A stretch of DNA of 64,000 nucleotides from Octopus sinensis. Lineage: Eukaryota. The stretch is from the NCBI RefSeq assembly GCF_006345805.1, contig NC_043003.1, positions 34,596,001-34,660,000 of the forward strand. Direction: 5' to 3'. Of the stretch, positions 1 through 12,689 are shown piece after piece. How positions within the stretch are numbered: position 1 is the stretch's first letter; every line of letters starts with the position of its first letter. The notes below the pieces were generated by a model, which was given only the letters and a program-made list of their open reading frames with translations, was not told the DNA's origin and made no database searches. A program made the translations under genes and the position numbers.

Positions 1-617
1 GTGTGAGTATGCGTGCGTGTGTGCATATGTGTGCGTGTGTGTGCATGTGTGTGCGTGAGTGTGCGTGCATGCGTATGTGTGAGAGAAAGAGAGAGGGGTT
101 TGGGGAGATAGAGTGCGCGTGCGTGTGTGTATTGCTCGGACTAAATGTCAGATATAATCTAATTTTGTTCTTTGTTCCGGGTTCAGATTCTTGTCAAATC
201 GACTGTACAGACAGCCATCTTTCCATTATTTTTATTTTCTATTTAATTTTTTTTTTTTGAGCATTAAAATAAATTACAATAAATTAAATCCACTGAACCC
301 ATTCTCTTCTAACTGCTTCGCTAAAATAGAATTTTTCATTAACCACGCTGTCTTCTTTTTTTTTTTTTTGTCTGAATTGGAAATGGCCCTAGAATTGTTA
401 AATTGTTATTCTTGAACATAAGGCATAAACATCGAAATCAACAGTTCTTTATGGTGATTCTTACATTTATTACCATCGCCACCTATTCTGTTTACTGTCT
501 TGAAAAACTACAAAAGACCTTGCCACGTTTCTTAATCCACATTTGTCAGATACCCTAGAGTTTATACTAACCTTGTATTTGTTAAACGGAATATAACAAA
601 ATATTATATATATACAT

Positions 618-778
618 AGACGCAGGCGTGACTGCTTGGTAAGAAGCTTGTTCCCAACCACATTGTTCTGGGTTCAGTTGCACAGCGTGGCACCTTGAGC
701 AAGTGTCTGCTATTATAGCCACAGGCCGACCAAAGTCTTGTGAGCGGACTTGATAGAAGAAAGCTGAAAGAAGCTCCT

Positions 779-814
<36 letters not shown>

Positions 815-986
815 GGTCCCGGGTTGAGTCGGGGTTAACCACAGTAAATAAGGTACTCAATACATGGCAGAGTAAATTAATTTATTTTATAGAAGGAGCT
901 TCTACAGGACTAGAACTGTTTCATTCCTGATGATTTCATTTGAATGAAACAGTTCTAGTCCTGTAGAAGCTCCTTCTATAAAATAA

Positions 987-1040
<54 letters not shown>

Positions 1041-1288
1041 TGTGTGTGTGTGTGTGTGTAGTTGTGTGCGTGTGTTTTTGTGTCAATGTTTGTCCATCCG
1101 CCCACCGCTTGGCAACCGATGTTGGTGTGTTTACGTCCCCGTAACTTTGCAGTTTGCCGAAAGAGACCGGGAGGGTAAGTACTAGGCTTACAATGAATAA
1201 ATCCTCGATTATTTGGACTAAAAATACCCCTTTAAGGTGGTGCTCCAACATGACCGCAGTCAGATGACTGAAACAAGTAAAAGAATAT
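618..1288 (+). mobile_element. tRNA-derived SINE, family A (diverged copy), interrupted in its central (TA)n tract by an inverted-repeat insertion at 811-988
   Basis: Aligns by eye along its length with full copies at 38054-38475 and 60128-60535 (head 'gcaggcgtgactgcttggtaagaagcttgttcccaaccac...gggttcagtt', tail 'aaatgactgaaacaagtaaaaga'); degenerate A/B boxes. Confidence 0.85.
811..988. mobile_element. Short insertion with perfect 47-bp inverted repeat (880-926 / 942-988), probable Penelope-like terminal fragment
   Basis: atttattttatagaaggagcttctacaggactagaactgtttcattc is the exact reverse complement of 942-988; the 15-nt loop begins CTGATGA; flanked by (TA)n. Confidence 0.6.
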
Positions 1289-1514
1289 TTAAGACATTTT
1301 TTGATACCTTCTTATTATAGATAATTTCGTTTTTGATTGTTGATGTAAATTTTTTGCAAAGCATCAAATATATTAGAATGAAAGGAAATTGTATTTGGGC
1401 CCTCAAAGTGAAGGAAAGGTATCCTGCCAAATAATGTTGTAGCAGGAGAAAATAAATGACAGCATAGAGACACACGGAAACATACAAACACACACTTAGA
1501 CAAATATTTAAGCA

Positions 1515-1650
1515 CACACATGCGTACACACACGTGTACACACACACACATGCGTACACACACACACATGCGTACACACACACACATGCGTACACACACA
1601 CACATGCGTACACACACACATGCGTACACACACACACACATGTGTACACA
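1515..1650. repeat. ~18-bp compound minisatellite (ACACACACACATGCGTAC-type), ~6 units
   Basis: Repeating 'catgcgtacacacacaca' units read directly. Confidence 0.9.
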
Positions 1651-1775
1651 CGCACATACATATGAATGAAACAATGCTTAGTTTAGGTCACAAGAGTTGC
1701 TATGGACAACAGTGCATCGACTGAATATGACATAATGGGCTTGTTTGCTAGCTATTATTTAAGTTGATTTGCGCT

Positions 1776-1812
<37 letters not shown>

Positions 1813-2319
1813 CGCGCGCACATACACACAAGTATGTACATGTATGTATATGTGTATGTGTGTGTTTGTTTTCACTCGTGAATGAACTACCGACTATGGC
1901 TATCAATCAGTTGTCATGCGCGCAAAGCATCTACTCCAAGCAGTCCTGTTTATGGATAGCTGCCCTCCTGGTCGTGGTATTAATGTTTTTCCTGCTCATC
2001 ATTCATTTTATTGTGTCTTTGAAACGATGTCAAGGCTTCCCACGGAGATGTTTTCCATTTGAAAGTAGAAAGAACTACAGTTGCCGACGTAAAATCATGT
2101 GGCTCATTCGTCGTAAATACATGGCCCAGCGGAAATTTCGTTGGATTTAAATATATGCCATGCTGGGAAATCCAGCTTTTTCTTGTATTATTTTTTTTTG
2201 TTTTTTAATCAGCAAAATGACCTTCGGGATGTTTCGAGTTTTCTTACACACTTGAACACAAGCTTTTACAATATATTCATACACAGTTGCTCACATTCAA
2301 TCTCTGTGTTTACTCCTCC

Positions 2320-2438
<119 letters not shown>

Positions 2439-3110
2439 CACACGCATGCACAATCATCAATAGACCCCACATACACACGCACGTAATCGTATACTTAAAG
2501 CCTAAATAAACACGACTATGAAAGAAAAAACAGTCATAAACGCTTGACTTTTATGATAAAAATTGTTTTTCGTTGGAAGCTTCAGTCCTACTGACTTGTA
2601 TGTTTGGAAGAAATGGAAGTTGTGATGCCCCTTAGTTTCTTAAAACTAAAAGAAGCAAAAAAAAAAAACAATCGAAAATTTATTTTACCAAGAGATTTTT
2701 TTCATCTGACAATATTTTGTTTTAAAATACTTACGAAGTAGAGTAATATAGAAAAATCGATTGGCATCCATTTTGTTGACAAAATCTAGGACTGTAATAG
2801 ATTCTGTAATTCAATTTCGTACACATGACGTTTTAGCTCAAACTCCACCAAAGATAACTTCCTCTAACGAATACCTTTAGGTGGGTACAAGAAAAAAACG
2901 GCTAAATTTCCTATAAATTACACCCTATCATTTTGCAAAGGGAATCATACATTGGTTTTGATACACCATAAAGAAGTACTGGGTGGTCACTGCCGGAATG
3001 CCTTAGATCATAGGCCTGCTCTGTCTGGACTGTCTTGGGGCAAAGCAGCAATAATAACAACAATACGTCTGAAAATGGGATGAATTGATTTAATGTAACA
3101 CACACACATA

Positions 3111-3467
3111 TTGCGAGCAGAGGCGAGCTGCTATCATCTTTAGCAGATGAGGTGTCTAGTACTGAGGAGTGGCAGAAATAGCCCGAATTGGCATGCTGGT
3201 CCCGTCGCTAGAAGACGGTAAGTTTCACTTCCCTGCTCGCAATTCTACCGGATACAGCAGTGCATCGTTAACCAGCTAGAGGAGATGTCTTCTTGGGCTT
3301 CAAACATCGCAGTAGAGACTGCTCGAACGGACAGCCATGTTAAAGTGGCTACGAATATTACTAGTTAATACAACTACTGCGTTGATCTCTTAGAGGGATT
3401 TTAGAAATAGCGATTTTGCTTGTTGCAAAATCAGCGACTGTGTGTTCGCTTAAAATTTATATATATG
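3111..3467 (+). repeat. ~357-bp structured repeat unit, copy 1 (uninterrupted)
   Basis: Homologous to 3468-3505 joined to 6052-6239; ttgcgagcag(3111)...ctgctcgcaa(3242) inverted repeat plus several internal hairpins. Confidence 0.85.
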
Positions 3468-3796
3468 TTGCAAGCGGAGGCGAGCTGCTATCATCGCTAG
3501 CAGACTCGTGTCAGGCTTTTTTGGTTGTCGCTTATTTGAGTTCATGAGTTCAAATTTGTTATATATTTAATGTTTTGTTGTTATTGCTGTATTTGTTGGA
3601 ATTGAACTGTTTTTTATTTGTTAATTTCTATTTTCGCCCTTCCAGGCAGAAAAGTCTTAAATTCTGAAATATTGTTGTGAAAGTGACAACTGTGATTTGT
3701 CTAATTTTATTCCTTTTCGAAGGAATTTCTTTACTGTGAAAAGTTTTTCTTCACGTCATGGATTACAATTTGTTTTTGTATAAAGATTTCCCGGAG

Positions 3797-4800
3797 ATGG
3801 AAAAAGCTAACAATAATGAAAATTTAACGCAAGTGCAAAAGGAAAAGCAAAGTTTTTCAGCCGCAGTGGGCGGCAACATGATAACAATGGAAGTTACAAT
3901 GGCAGAACATTTTAAATATAGGAACCTTATCAAAAAAGCAGGTAGTGATACAAAACTACTTCCTCCTCAAGAGGTTTTACAGAATATTGCGGCAAAAACT
4001 GTAGTATACTAAACGTACAGTATGAAAGGTAAGAGAACTACGACATGTAAAAGTGAGGCAATAGAAAAATGTTTGTCGCCAATCTGGGATAGAATAATTT
4101 ACGTCAGCCGTGGGTCGAAGCTCAATTCGCCAATGAAGAAACGGCAAAGGATTTATCGACAATGACCTTCAAAAATGAAGAGGTATATTACTGCAGACGT
4201 AATTGGGCAGACGAACCGCTAAAATTAAAGTGGAAGAAATTCCGGCAGGTTTCGACGTTATATGGAAAGCGGCGGCCATTACATATGACCTGGAAGAGGA
4301 AATGAGCATTCTGCGAATGCAAAAAAAAAAAGGAAGCAGAGAATTGAAAAGGTCAGTCCCTCGAGATGGTCGTACAGGTCAAACCTGATATCCTTGAGGG
4401 ACTGCCCGATAGAGTATTTATAGGTGAGGGGCTAAGCGTAAGGGTCGGAGTAGAAGGCCGCGTTGCTTTAAATGCGGTGAGAAGGGTCACGTTCGCTTAG
4501 ACTGTAAAGCAAAGAAGCACGAAGCCCCTCCACGACAAGAACCACAAAACGTGAAGGAGACAAAAGAACAACCAGTAAAACAAGCAAAAGTTACACAAGA
4601 ACCGAAGGAAGATCAGAAAACAAACCATAGAGACAACGATACAAACCAACCACGGAAGGTGACGAAATGGAGTTTACCACAGTTAAATCCCGAAAAAAGA
4701 AAAGAATTCCCCAGCCCCAGACTCCCCACCCATAGGAAGAAAACATACAAAGCAAATGCAGACACATACGAAACCCCGCAGACCACTCCCTCGTTAAAAC
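3797..4800 (+). pseudogene. LINE ORF1 (gag-like, CX2CX4HX4C zinc knuckle), frameshifted with stops
   Basis: tgc ttt aaa tgc ggt gag aag ggt cac gtt cgc tta gac tgt at 4464-4505; fragmented ORFs 3758-4012, 4203-4388, 4551-4973. Confidence 0.8.
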
Positions 4801-4950
4801 CCATTTCCTATAACTACCCCAAGACTCAGAACAAAATAATTTCTTTTATTGACAATAATAAGGTGCTTGGCTCAGTAATCCGAGCTCACTATAAAGCTCA
4901 AGTGTATAAAACTAGAAAAGACATTCCACCTCACATTAGAATTGCTAGAA

Positions 4951-5870
4951 TGGAAGCCCATAACTCTACTTAATGTAGAGTTAAAGATTTTGGCCAAGGT
5001 GCTAGCGAAGAGGTTGGCGCGTGTCGCGGAGAATCTTGTTGGGAGGGCGCAGACATGCGCCATCCCAGGCAGGCCGATCCAAGAAATCTCCATCTCGTGC
5101 GCTACAATTTAGAGAGGGTAGGTAAGTTATCCGGTAAAGGTGGGACACTGTTCCATTTAGATCAAAGAAAAGCATTTGATAGGGTAGACCATCAATATCT
5201 GGCGGCAGTTCTCGAGGCGGCTGAACTAGGCCCAGATTTCCGTGGTTGGATCACTGCCTTATGGCAGCATTAAATCTATAGTCCAGATAAAAGTTGCCTA
5301 TCGGTGATCGTTTAGTATCGAGCGCTTAGTTTGGCAGGGATGCCACCTGTTTCTGTGTGTACTGGTCTGCTGCCAAAACTCGCTAAAGATGCCGTGGCTG
5401 ATGATGCGCAGACATGCGCTGAGGCTGAGGCGCCTCTGGCTCTACCTGGAAGGTGAACAGGTGTGGAATCCGTTGGCAGAGACATTCTTTCCGTGATAGG
5501 CCTCCTTGGAGGAGTTTAAACTCAGTTTCATAAAAAAAATGTAACCTGACTGAATGGCAAAAAGTGTGCCATCAGGCATTCATGCTAATCGACAAAACGG
5601 GCAAAGCCCTCAAAAGAAGGTAAGGCGTGTTTCTTATGCACAGAGGCAGTACTGAAAGTGTGTATATGGAAATCTAGAATGAAAGGAGTTGCGACGGGAA
5701 CATTCATCTCCGGCTCTGGCTTGCTATACAACTTCAGATTTCATCTGAAAAGCAAGATAGGGTTGGAGAAAAGATGCCTGTCACGAAGTGTATACGAGAA
5801 AAGATGGAAGGATGTGGATAGAAAGTTGGGGTTGGAACGACCCGGCTTAATGTCAACCATAGTAAGGTAG
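4951..5870 (+). pseudogene. LINE ORF2 relic: reverse transcriptase fragment and C-terminal domain; endonuclease domain not recognisable
   Basis: L1/Tx1-type RT motifs (PITLLNVELKILAK; AQTCAIPGR; LDQRKAFDRVDH; GPDFRGWITAL); C-terminal IWKSRMKG...FRFHLKSKI...EKRW. Confidence 0.85.
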
Positions 5871-6051
5871 TACAGTGTAGCCGGTGGACTTCACGGCTAA
5901 GGTTTAAAATTTTTTAATTAGATTTAAATACATCATCATATTTTTAAAACTCATTTATGAACCCATGAACACTTTTTATTTGTGATGTCCTATATTGTCT
6001 TCTCTATGTCCGATAAATATTATCATAATAAAGAATATATCTCTAGCAGAC

Positions 6052-6239
6052 GAGGTGTCCAATACTGAGGAGTGGCAGGCACAGCCCAAAAGCAGTTAGG
6101 GGTTCGCTCCTCTGCTCGCAATTTTATCGATGCTGCTGTACATCGTTAACCAGCTAGAGGCGATGTCTTCTTGGGGTTAAAAAATCGCAGTAGAGTCCGT
6201 TCGATCGGACAGCCATGTTAAGGTGGCTACGAATATTAC
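6052..6239 (+). repeat. Structured repeat unit, copy 2, 3' part (5' part at 3468-3505, split by the Tx1 insertion)
   Basis: Collinear with 3148-3360 (gaggtgtc..actgaggagtggcag..ctgctcgcaa..catcgttaaccagctagagg..gacagccatgttaa..gtggctacgaatattac), with a ~28-nt deletion. Confidence 0.85.
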
Positions 6240-6552
6240 ACACACACATATATATATAACCGTGTCCTTTCACACACATCTACAAAAAATAATAATAAGC
6301 TGGTTTGTGCTTAGTCAAAACAAGTTGCAAGAACATAGGTGATCTATCAACATTCAATAGAATTAAATCTAATGTCAATTTTGTAGAGATTTAAACGAAG
6401 CCCAGTAACCATTTTCTAACAACACAAAATAGATATTGCTTAACAACCCAGCGGGCTATCGGGACTTTGTCAATGTAAGGCCCGAGTGGAAGAAGCGGTA
6501 GTAAGCTGCAGGGGGCATACAACTGTCTTCTCTAAGGAGCCATTCCACACAG

Positions 6553-7140
6553 TTGCCTTGTTTAATACCTGATCAATAAGCTACACTGGAAAGCTATAAT
6601 TCCAGTGAGTTAGATAGAGTTAGCGACAGTAGAGCTACAAAAACTGCATATTTGTTATTTTTAATAACGGAGTCACAGGTCAGAGATGCTAAGGTAACAC
6701 TACCGGTATACACAGTAACTGGTGTATTAGTCGACTTCTAAACATTTCACTAAAAATGCTAAATTTATGCTACACTCACCATATAAAACCAAACTAAAAC
6801 AAAACATGTATCCTACGATTTACTGACTACAACTGCTTTAATATAAGAGGGGGTATTTTATAATTTCTGTTTATAAATCTTGAACGATTCTTTCCCCAAA
6901 ATTAATATTATTGATAATATTGTTTATCATGTTTATACCATTTTTCGTGAGCAACTAGAAGTAGAAGCCATATGTCTCTCAAATCACAGCCTGAAGTTAC
7001 CTAAGATTATTGAAGAATGTAGCCATTGATATACAACATGGTAGCATGCTCATGACCGGATTACGATTGGTTATAGGTTACCATTGGTTATAGAATTGCT
7101 CACTCAGGTTAGCTTATTGATCAGGTATTAAACAAGGCAA
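6553..7140. mobile_element. Element bounded by a perfect 31-bp inverted repeat (MITE-like or Penelope-type inverted tail)
   Basis: ttgccttgtttaatacctgatcaataagcta (6553-6583) is the exact reverse complement of 7110-7140; no TSD found. Confidence 0.55.
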
Positions 7141-7961
7141 AGAGTAGAAAAAATTTCTTATACATACATATTTGTAGACAAATTATAAAGCATATCAGTA
7201 TATGGATATGTGATAGACGATTTCTTGGTTATATTTACTGCCGCTGAATTTAAACAGCCAGATCTCTTTAAAATCATACACTAACGCCTTTAAAAAGATA
7301 TATTAAATGTTTTCGAGTTGGATATGCGAAACTATGGGTTGGTCACGGCTAGAACATCATCAAGTTTAATCAGTGTTGTGGTAGTACCCAATCAACAACA
7401 ATAGGTTAGTATTTTAAATCTGGCGTAAAAAAGAATATGCCATTTATCATTGTATATTGCTTTAGATATCGTCTTATTTACCGACAAATACGTTAAACAA
7501 TTTTAAGAGAATAACACAGCACTCGTGTGGGGATACGAACTGTCTATACTTCAGCCAACATTCGACACTATGTCGACTCGGTCATCTGAGAAACTCTTAA
7601 TGAAATAAGAAAACATAATGAAAACAAGAACGTGTTCATATTCAAAGAATAATGCTTTTATTTCCCTCTTTTTAACTGTCATCTAATTTAGTTCGATTTA
7701 TTGACACCAGATCAATATCAGGTATATATTTACATCCGTTTTGATATAAAGAATATATATGTATATTAATATATATATGCGTGTGTGTGTGTGTGAGTAT
7801 GTGTGTGTGTGTATGTGTGTGTAAGTGTGTGTCTGCATGCTTATACATGTATGTGTAAGTGTATATATACATATGTATATACATTATATACATATACATT
7901 CATATATATTTGCATATACACATAAATACATTTTTATACACACATATATAAATATACATTC

Positions 7962-7997
<36 letters not shown>

Positions 7998-8583
7998 TTA
8001 TACATATACAGATACATTTGTTTAGAATATATATATACATATGTTTACACACACACAGCCACACACATACACACACATTCACAAATATATAAATGGGGAA
8101 AATATAGACATCATTTCTTTAAGCTAGAGTGTGAAATACTTTCTTTTATTATTTTTTCAAATCAAATTAAAAGAGGATTGAATAAAAATTTGCTTAAAAG
8201 AAATTTTTTAAAATTACCAAAAATATTAATAAAAATAAAATATATCTTTCGTTTCAAAGCGAAGTTTTACAAATATAAATCTGTATTAGACGACTATGTA
8301 AACATAAATATAAGGTGTGAAAATAAATTATTTACAGCACAATTGAAGAATGACATGGTGATTGAAAGTCCTAATTTTAGGATGAGAAAATAACAAAAAT
8401 AGAAAATAAATCGATTGTTTGTTTAATGTTAGCAAGGGAAGAATTATATCCTACATAAATTTCTATATTTTCAAATATCGAAATCGAAGTGTGACTACAT
8501 ATTTGAATAGCGAGGTTGTTATTATTGCTTGTGTTATTTATTAAGAATGTTTTTATTTTCTGAGCAAAGGAAAATATAACGTG

Positions 8584-8630
<47 letters not shown>

Positions 8631-9169
8631 ATATTTACACAAAAACACACACATACACACACATACACACACACACACACACACCACACACACATACGTA
8701 TACGTGTATATGCATATATATACATGTACGTAGATAATGATATGGATATACACATATATATGTTCATTTATATGTACAGGTCTTTAAAATGTTTATATAT
8801 ATATGTATAAATATATATGCTTATATATGTGCATATATACAGACAGACACATACAAACACACACTATAGTGTATATATATATTTATATATTATGTGTATG
8901 TATCTGTATGTGTGTTTGCGTGTGAGTACGTACAAGGTTGCAAACTTACTAGAAATATATACCCCTACTTCATGTATTGATTAATATTTCTCTCTTTTGC
9001 TAAATAATAACACACACGCATATATTTATGTATATACTTTAGGTTTCTTGTTTCCGATCTCTGGACGGACTGTACCATTTGACTGTTTAACGGTATATCA
9101 TAAATAAAGATGCCTGAATATCATAAAAAGCGCTTATAACCTAAAGGAAATAAAATTTACGGTTTAAAT

Positions 9170-10150
9170 GCTTGCCTTTATTTGAAAAATAGCGAGTTTC
9201 CGGTTAGGATATGGAACATAAGTTTATGTAAAAGTATATATAATATCAACAAAAAGTGATTGAATTACCTCCTAATATCCCACCACACAATAAGAGTATA
9301 CCAGATTTAGATGGGTTATCTGAGAATAACTTCAAGACTAGTTTCTACCAATATTTTCATTCATTCTTGAACCAGATAAAATATTTACAAACCTCTAGAA
9401 GTACAACTGGTTTTTAAAAGACACAATCCAACATCATTTAAAATCCAATAGCCTAAACTTGAACATACTTTCCCATAACAATATGATAACTGCTTTTGTT
9501 GGGATTTATGTTGTCAATTATTACTCCGTAAAACGTTATTCAATTTATTTCTAGACATTTACAGCTTAACCGACATTTAAGATTGTTGTAGACAAGCTTG
9601 AAAATACTTTAAAACTATGTATCCCGAACGCATGACTTCAGAATTCTGAACATTAACAACTATATGGATCTTATCACTATGTTCTTTAAAAAAGTTGATT
9701 TATGGTTTTAAGGATGTTTCAAATTTTTTGATAGTTTTCTTACACAATTAAAGTTTTTTTTCACACACCAATTTTTGTCTATATTTTCGCAAATATATAG
9801 GCGTATCTCATTTCTTTCTATATTTTTCACATATATATCTACATTGTTTGGCATAACCTTATCTTATCTCCTGTAACTGCCATTAGAATTTTTTACACAC
9901 ATGCATTAGTAACATTTTATATATATTTTTATTTTATATTACTTATTATTTCTTGCATTTTCCCACGCACACGTTTTTCATAACTTTTTATGTTTGTTCA
10001 TATAAATATTTATGTCGTTTTTATAACATCATCTCTCTTCTAACAGGTAACCCTATTCCTATTTTTTGAAATGATGATTAAATTATCAATCAATAGGATC
10101 CTTCTGTTTCATTTTATCCATTCCGCACTTATTATGGTATTTAAACACAT
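9170..10150 (+). mobile_element. Penelope-like element 3' fragment: decayed GIY-YIG endonuclease plus T-rich 3' region
   Basis: Translation GLSENNFKTSFYQYFHSF from 9313 resembles the YIG-x-T/S-E-x-x-FK-x-R...H..SF segment; downstream (C)DLC and LN-R...CR(H)..KYL-like remnants to ~9625. Confidence 0.65.
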
Positions 10151-10151
10151 C

Positions 10152-10197
<46 letters not shown>

Positions 10198-10603
10198 GAG
10201 GAAGTTTATTCTTGCTAAGCTGATTCAATCTCATAATCTTCCTTTAGTATATCTCTGATAAATTAAGGAGGGTACGCTTAGCTTTTTATGAAACCGTCGA
10301 ATACAATAGCACAAGCTTTTGTGGATTTCTCATACTTTTATATCTCCTCAAATACATATGTACGACAAATATATCCACTACATTTACAATATGTGCCACA
10401 ACGGAGATCTCTTACTCATTCGCTTGCATGGGTAGAAAAAAGAACCCAGTGTCCCTCAAATCATACCATTATGTCTTACTGAAAAAGGAACACGTTCAGC
10501 TGTCTTCTTCGATTCATAAAAAAATACGGGATAACCGATGCTGGAATTGAACTGAATACAGGTCTACTCAATTAAGTATAATCTGGATCTCACATCCACT
10601 TAT

Positions 10604-10642
10604 CACAACAACAACGACGACGACGATCATCACCACCACCAC

Positions 10643-10673
<31 letters not shown>

Positions 10674-10706
10674 AAGAAGAAGAAGAAGAAGAAGAAGAAG
10701 AAGAAG

Positions 10707-10737
<31 letters not shown>
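10604..10737. repeat. Compound trinucleotide tract, mainly (AAG)n and (AAC)n
   Basis: Direct reading. Confidence 0.95.
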
Positions 10738-10938
10738 CCATCTTTTTTGCGTTCACTTTATTAGCTGGAAATAGCTTTGAAATCCCCTTTAAATCCCCCT
10801 TTAGTGTCTTAAATGTGGAACCACTAGATGATATTGTCTCTGATGTAAAAATAAAATTAATAAAATAAATAAATAAATAAATATAATAAAATAAGGGACA
10901 GGACGTTCATGGTTAGAACGTCTATGATTCTATGTCAT

Positions 10939-11038
10939 NNNNNNNNNNNNNNNNNNNNNNNNNNNNNNNNNNNNNNNNNNNNNNNNNNNNNNNNNNNNNN
11001 NNNNNNNNNNNNNNNNNNNNNNNNNNNNNNNNNNNNNN
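10939..11038. other. Assembly gap (100 N)
   Basis: Run of exactly 100 N, typical of a placeholder of unknown size. Confidence 0.99.
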
Positions 11039-12003
11039 GGTGGAGGCGACAGCGTAGTTGTGTGGTAGAGTGGGGGGTTGTGTCGTGAAAATTCTGATGA
11101 TAATAAGAGAGTTATAGATCTGGTGGTAGTAATGCTGATGGCACGATGGTGGTTATAATGGTTATGATGGTATTGGTGGTGGTGGAGGAGGTGTTAGTGA
11201 AGTTGATGCTGATGGAATTGGTACTATTGGTGTTATTGGTATTACTTAGGGTAATGGTAACCGTACCGATAATAGTGGCGGCAACGGTGGTATATACTCG
11301 TAATTACAGTGGTGTTGGTGGTTTATTTCTGATGTTGGCAGTAGTGGTGATGGTAGCAGTGGTAGCGATAAAAGTGTACGTGGTAGTGGCGGTCAATGCG
11401 CGGTGGGACTGGTCGCTAGGTTGATGATGGTTTTAACGGTGGCTGTTTTGGAGGAAGTTGTAGTGGTTGCGTCAGCAGTGGTCTGGTGTTGGTGACAGTG
11501 GTGGTTGTGGTGGTGTTGTTGTTGGCGGTGGTTGTAGTGGTGGTGGTTGTAGTGGTGGTTCTGGTTTCGTAGTCTTAATGATGATGATGCCAGTGCCATT
11601 GGTATTAATTGCTGTACTGATAGCGATGTTAGTAGCGATGGCCATGACAGTGATGGAGGCAGAGACAGGGATTGCCGCGGTGTTGGTGGTGGTTGCGGTG
11701 GTTGTAGTGGTGGTGGTGAATCTAAAAGCACTAATGGAAAAAGCATTAGTAGTGACGGTTCTTGTAATGTCTATAAGGGCGTGGTAGTGAGACAAGGAAA
11801 GGAAGGGCGGGAGGCAGTTAGGTCATAATGTTTGACGATGGGTTGTTACGCGGATGGAGGATGTACTGGCATCGGTGGGAGTTTAATGACGGTAATGGCG
11901 GCGGAGGCGGGGTGGTGGTGGTGGTGTTGGTCGTGGTGATACTGTAAGTGACGGTCGTATACACGGAAACGTTATTTGTTAACGATCATGTCAGGGCGGT
12001 AAT

Positions 12004-12034
<31 letters not shown>

Positions 12035-12230
12035 CGATGACGACGACGACGACGACGATGATGATAATGGTTGTAGCGAAGATAACGATGTTAGTGACGA
12101 TAGATCTTGGTAATGATAGAGAGAGAGAATTGTTTCTGTTATTGTGGTTGTTATTGCTGTCTTGTTGCTGTTGTGGTTGCTGCTGCTGATGTTTTTTAAC
12201 CTTAGGCGATTTTAAATTTCCATATGGCTC
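11039..12230. repeat. Degenerate (GGT/GAT/GTT)n low-complexity region
   Basis: Triplet-periodic, no stop codons in several frames on both strands, no recognisable domain. Confidence 0.85.
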
Positions 12231-12568
12231 CATTATCTAGCGGGACCTTTTTCTCTTTTAACATGTAGAGCTCAGTTGTAGGAGGATTTGGTAGCTTTGT
12301 CTAGCATATGAAACGGCCGAAAAAGAGGTTCACTGTTTGGATCTAGTGACATTGCTTTTTAATAGTGGCTGTGGTGTAAGATATCACTGGTGGTGTGGTC
12401 ATCAGGAGCTTAAGATCTACTTTTTAATGCTATGAGCATAGTGATATGATTGTAGGGGTCATTGTACACGTGGTAGAGTTTTTGTTTTGGTATCTAGCTC
12501 TCAATTAGTCTTGATCAAGTAAGCTATTGATCAAAGGCATCCGATCTGAACTTCTCGTCACGAAAGAT

Positions 12569-12599
<31 letters not shown>

Positions 12600-12689
12600 C
12601 TATCTGCCTTTCAACTATCTTCCACAACACACTCTCTGTGTGTGCATATATATGTATACACACACATATATGGTGGTTGTCTACTCCTT

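Larger units (their letters stand above)
3506..6038 (+). mobile_element. Tx1/L1-clade non-LTR retrotransposon, decayed and internally deleted, with TSD
   Basis: ORF1 relic with CCHC knuckle CFKCGEKGHVRLDC (4464-4505); RT relic WKPITLLNVELKILAKVLAKRL and LDQRKAFDRVDHQYL; C-terminal relic near 5650-5870; 3' 'aataaagaatat'; TSD atc[g/t]ctagcagac at 3493-3505 and 6039-6051. Confidence 0.9.

Noticed and set aside
10255-10305. CTGATAA...GAAACCGTC hammerhead-like spacing
   Set aside because: G8 missing and helices I/II do not pair convincingly.
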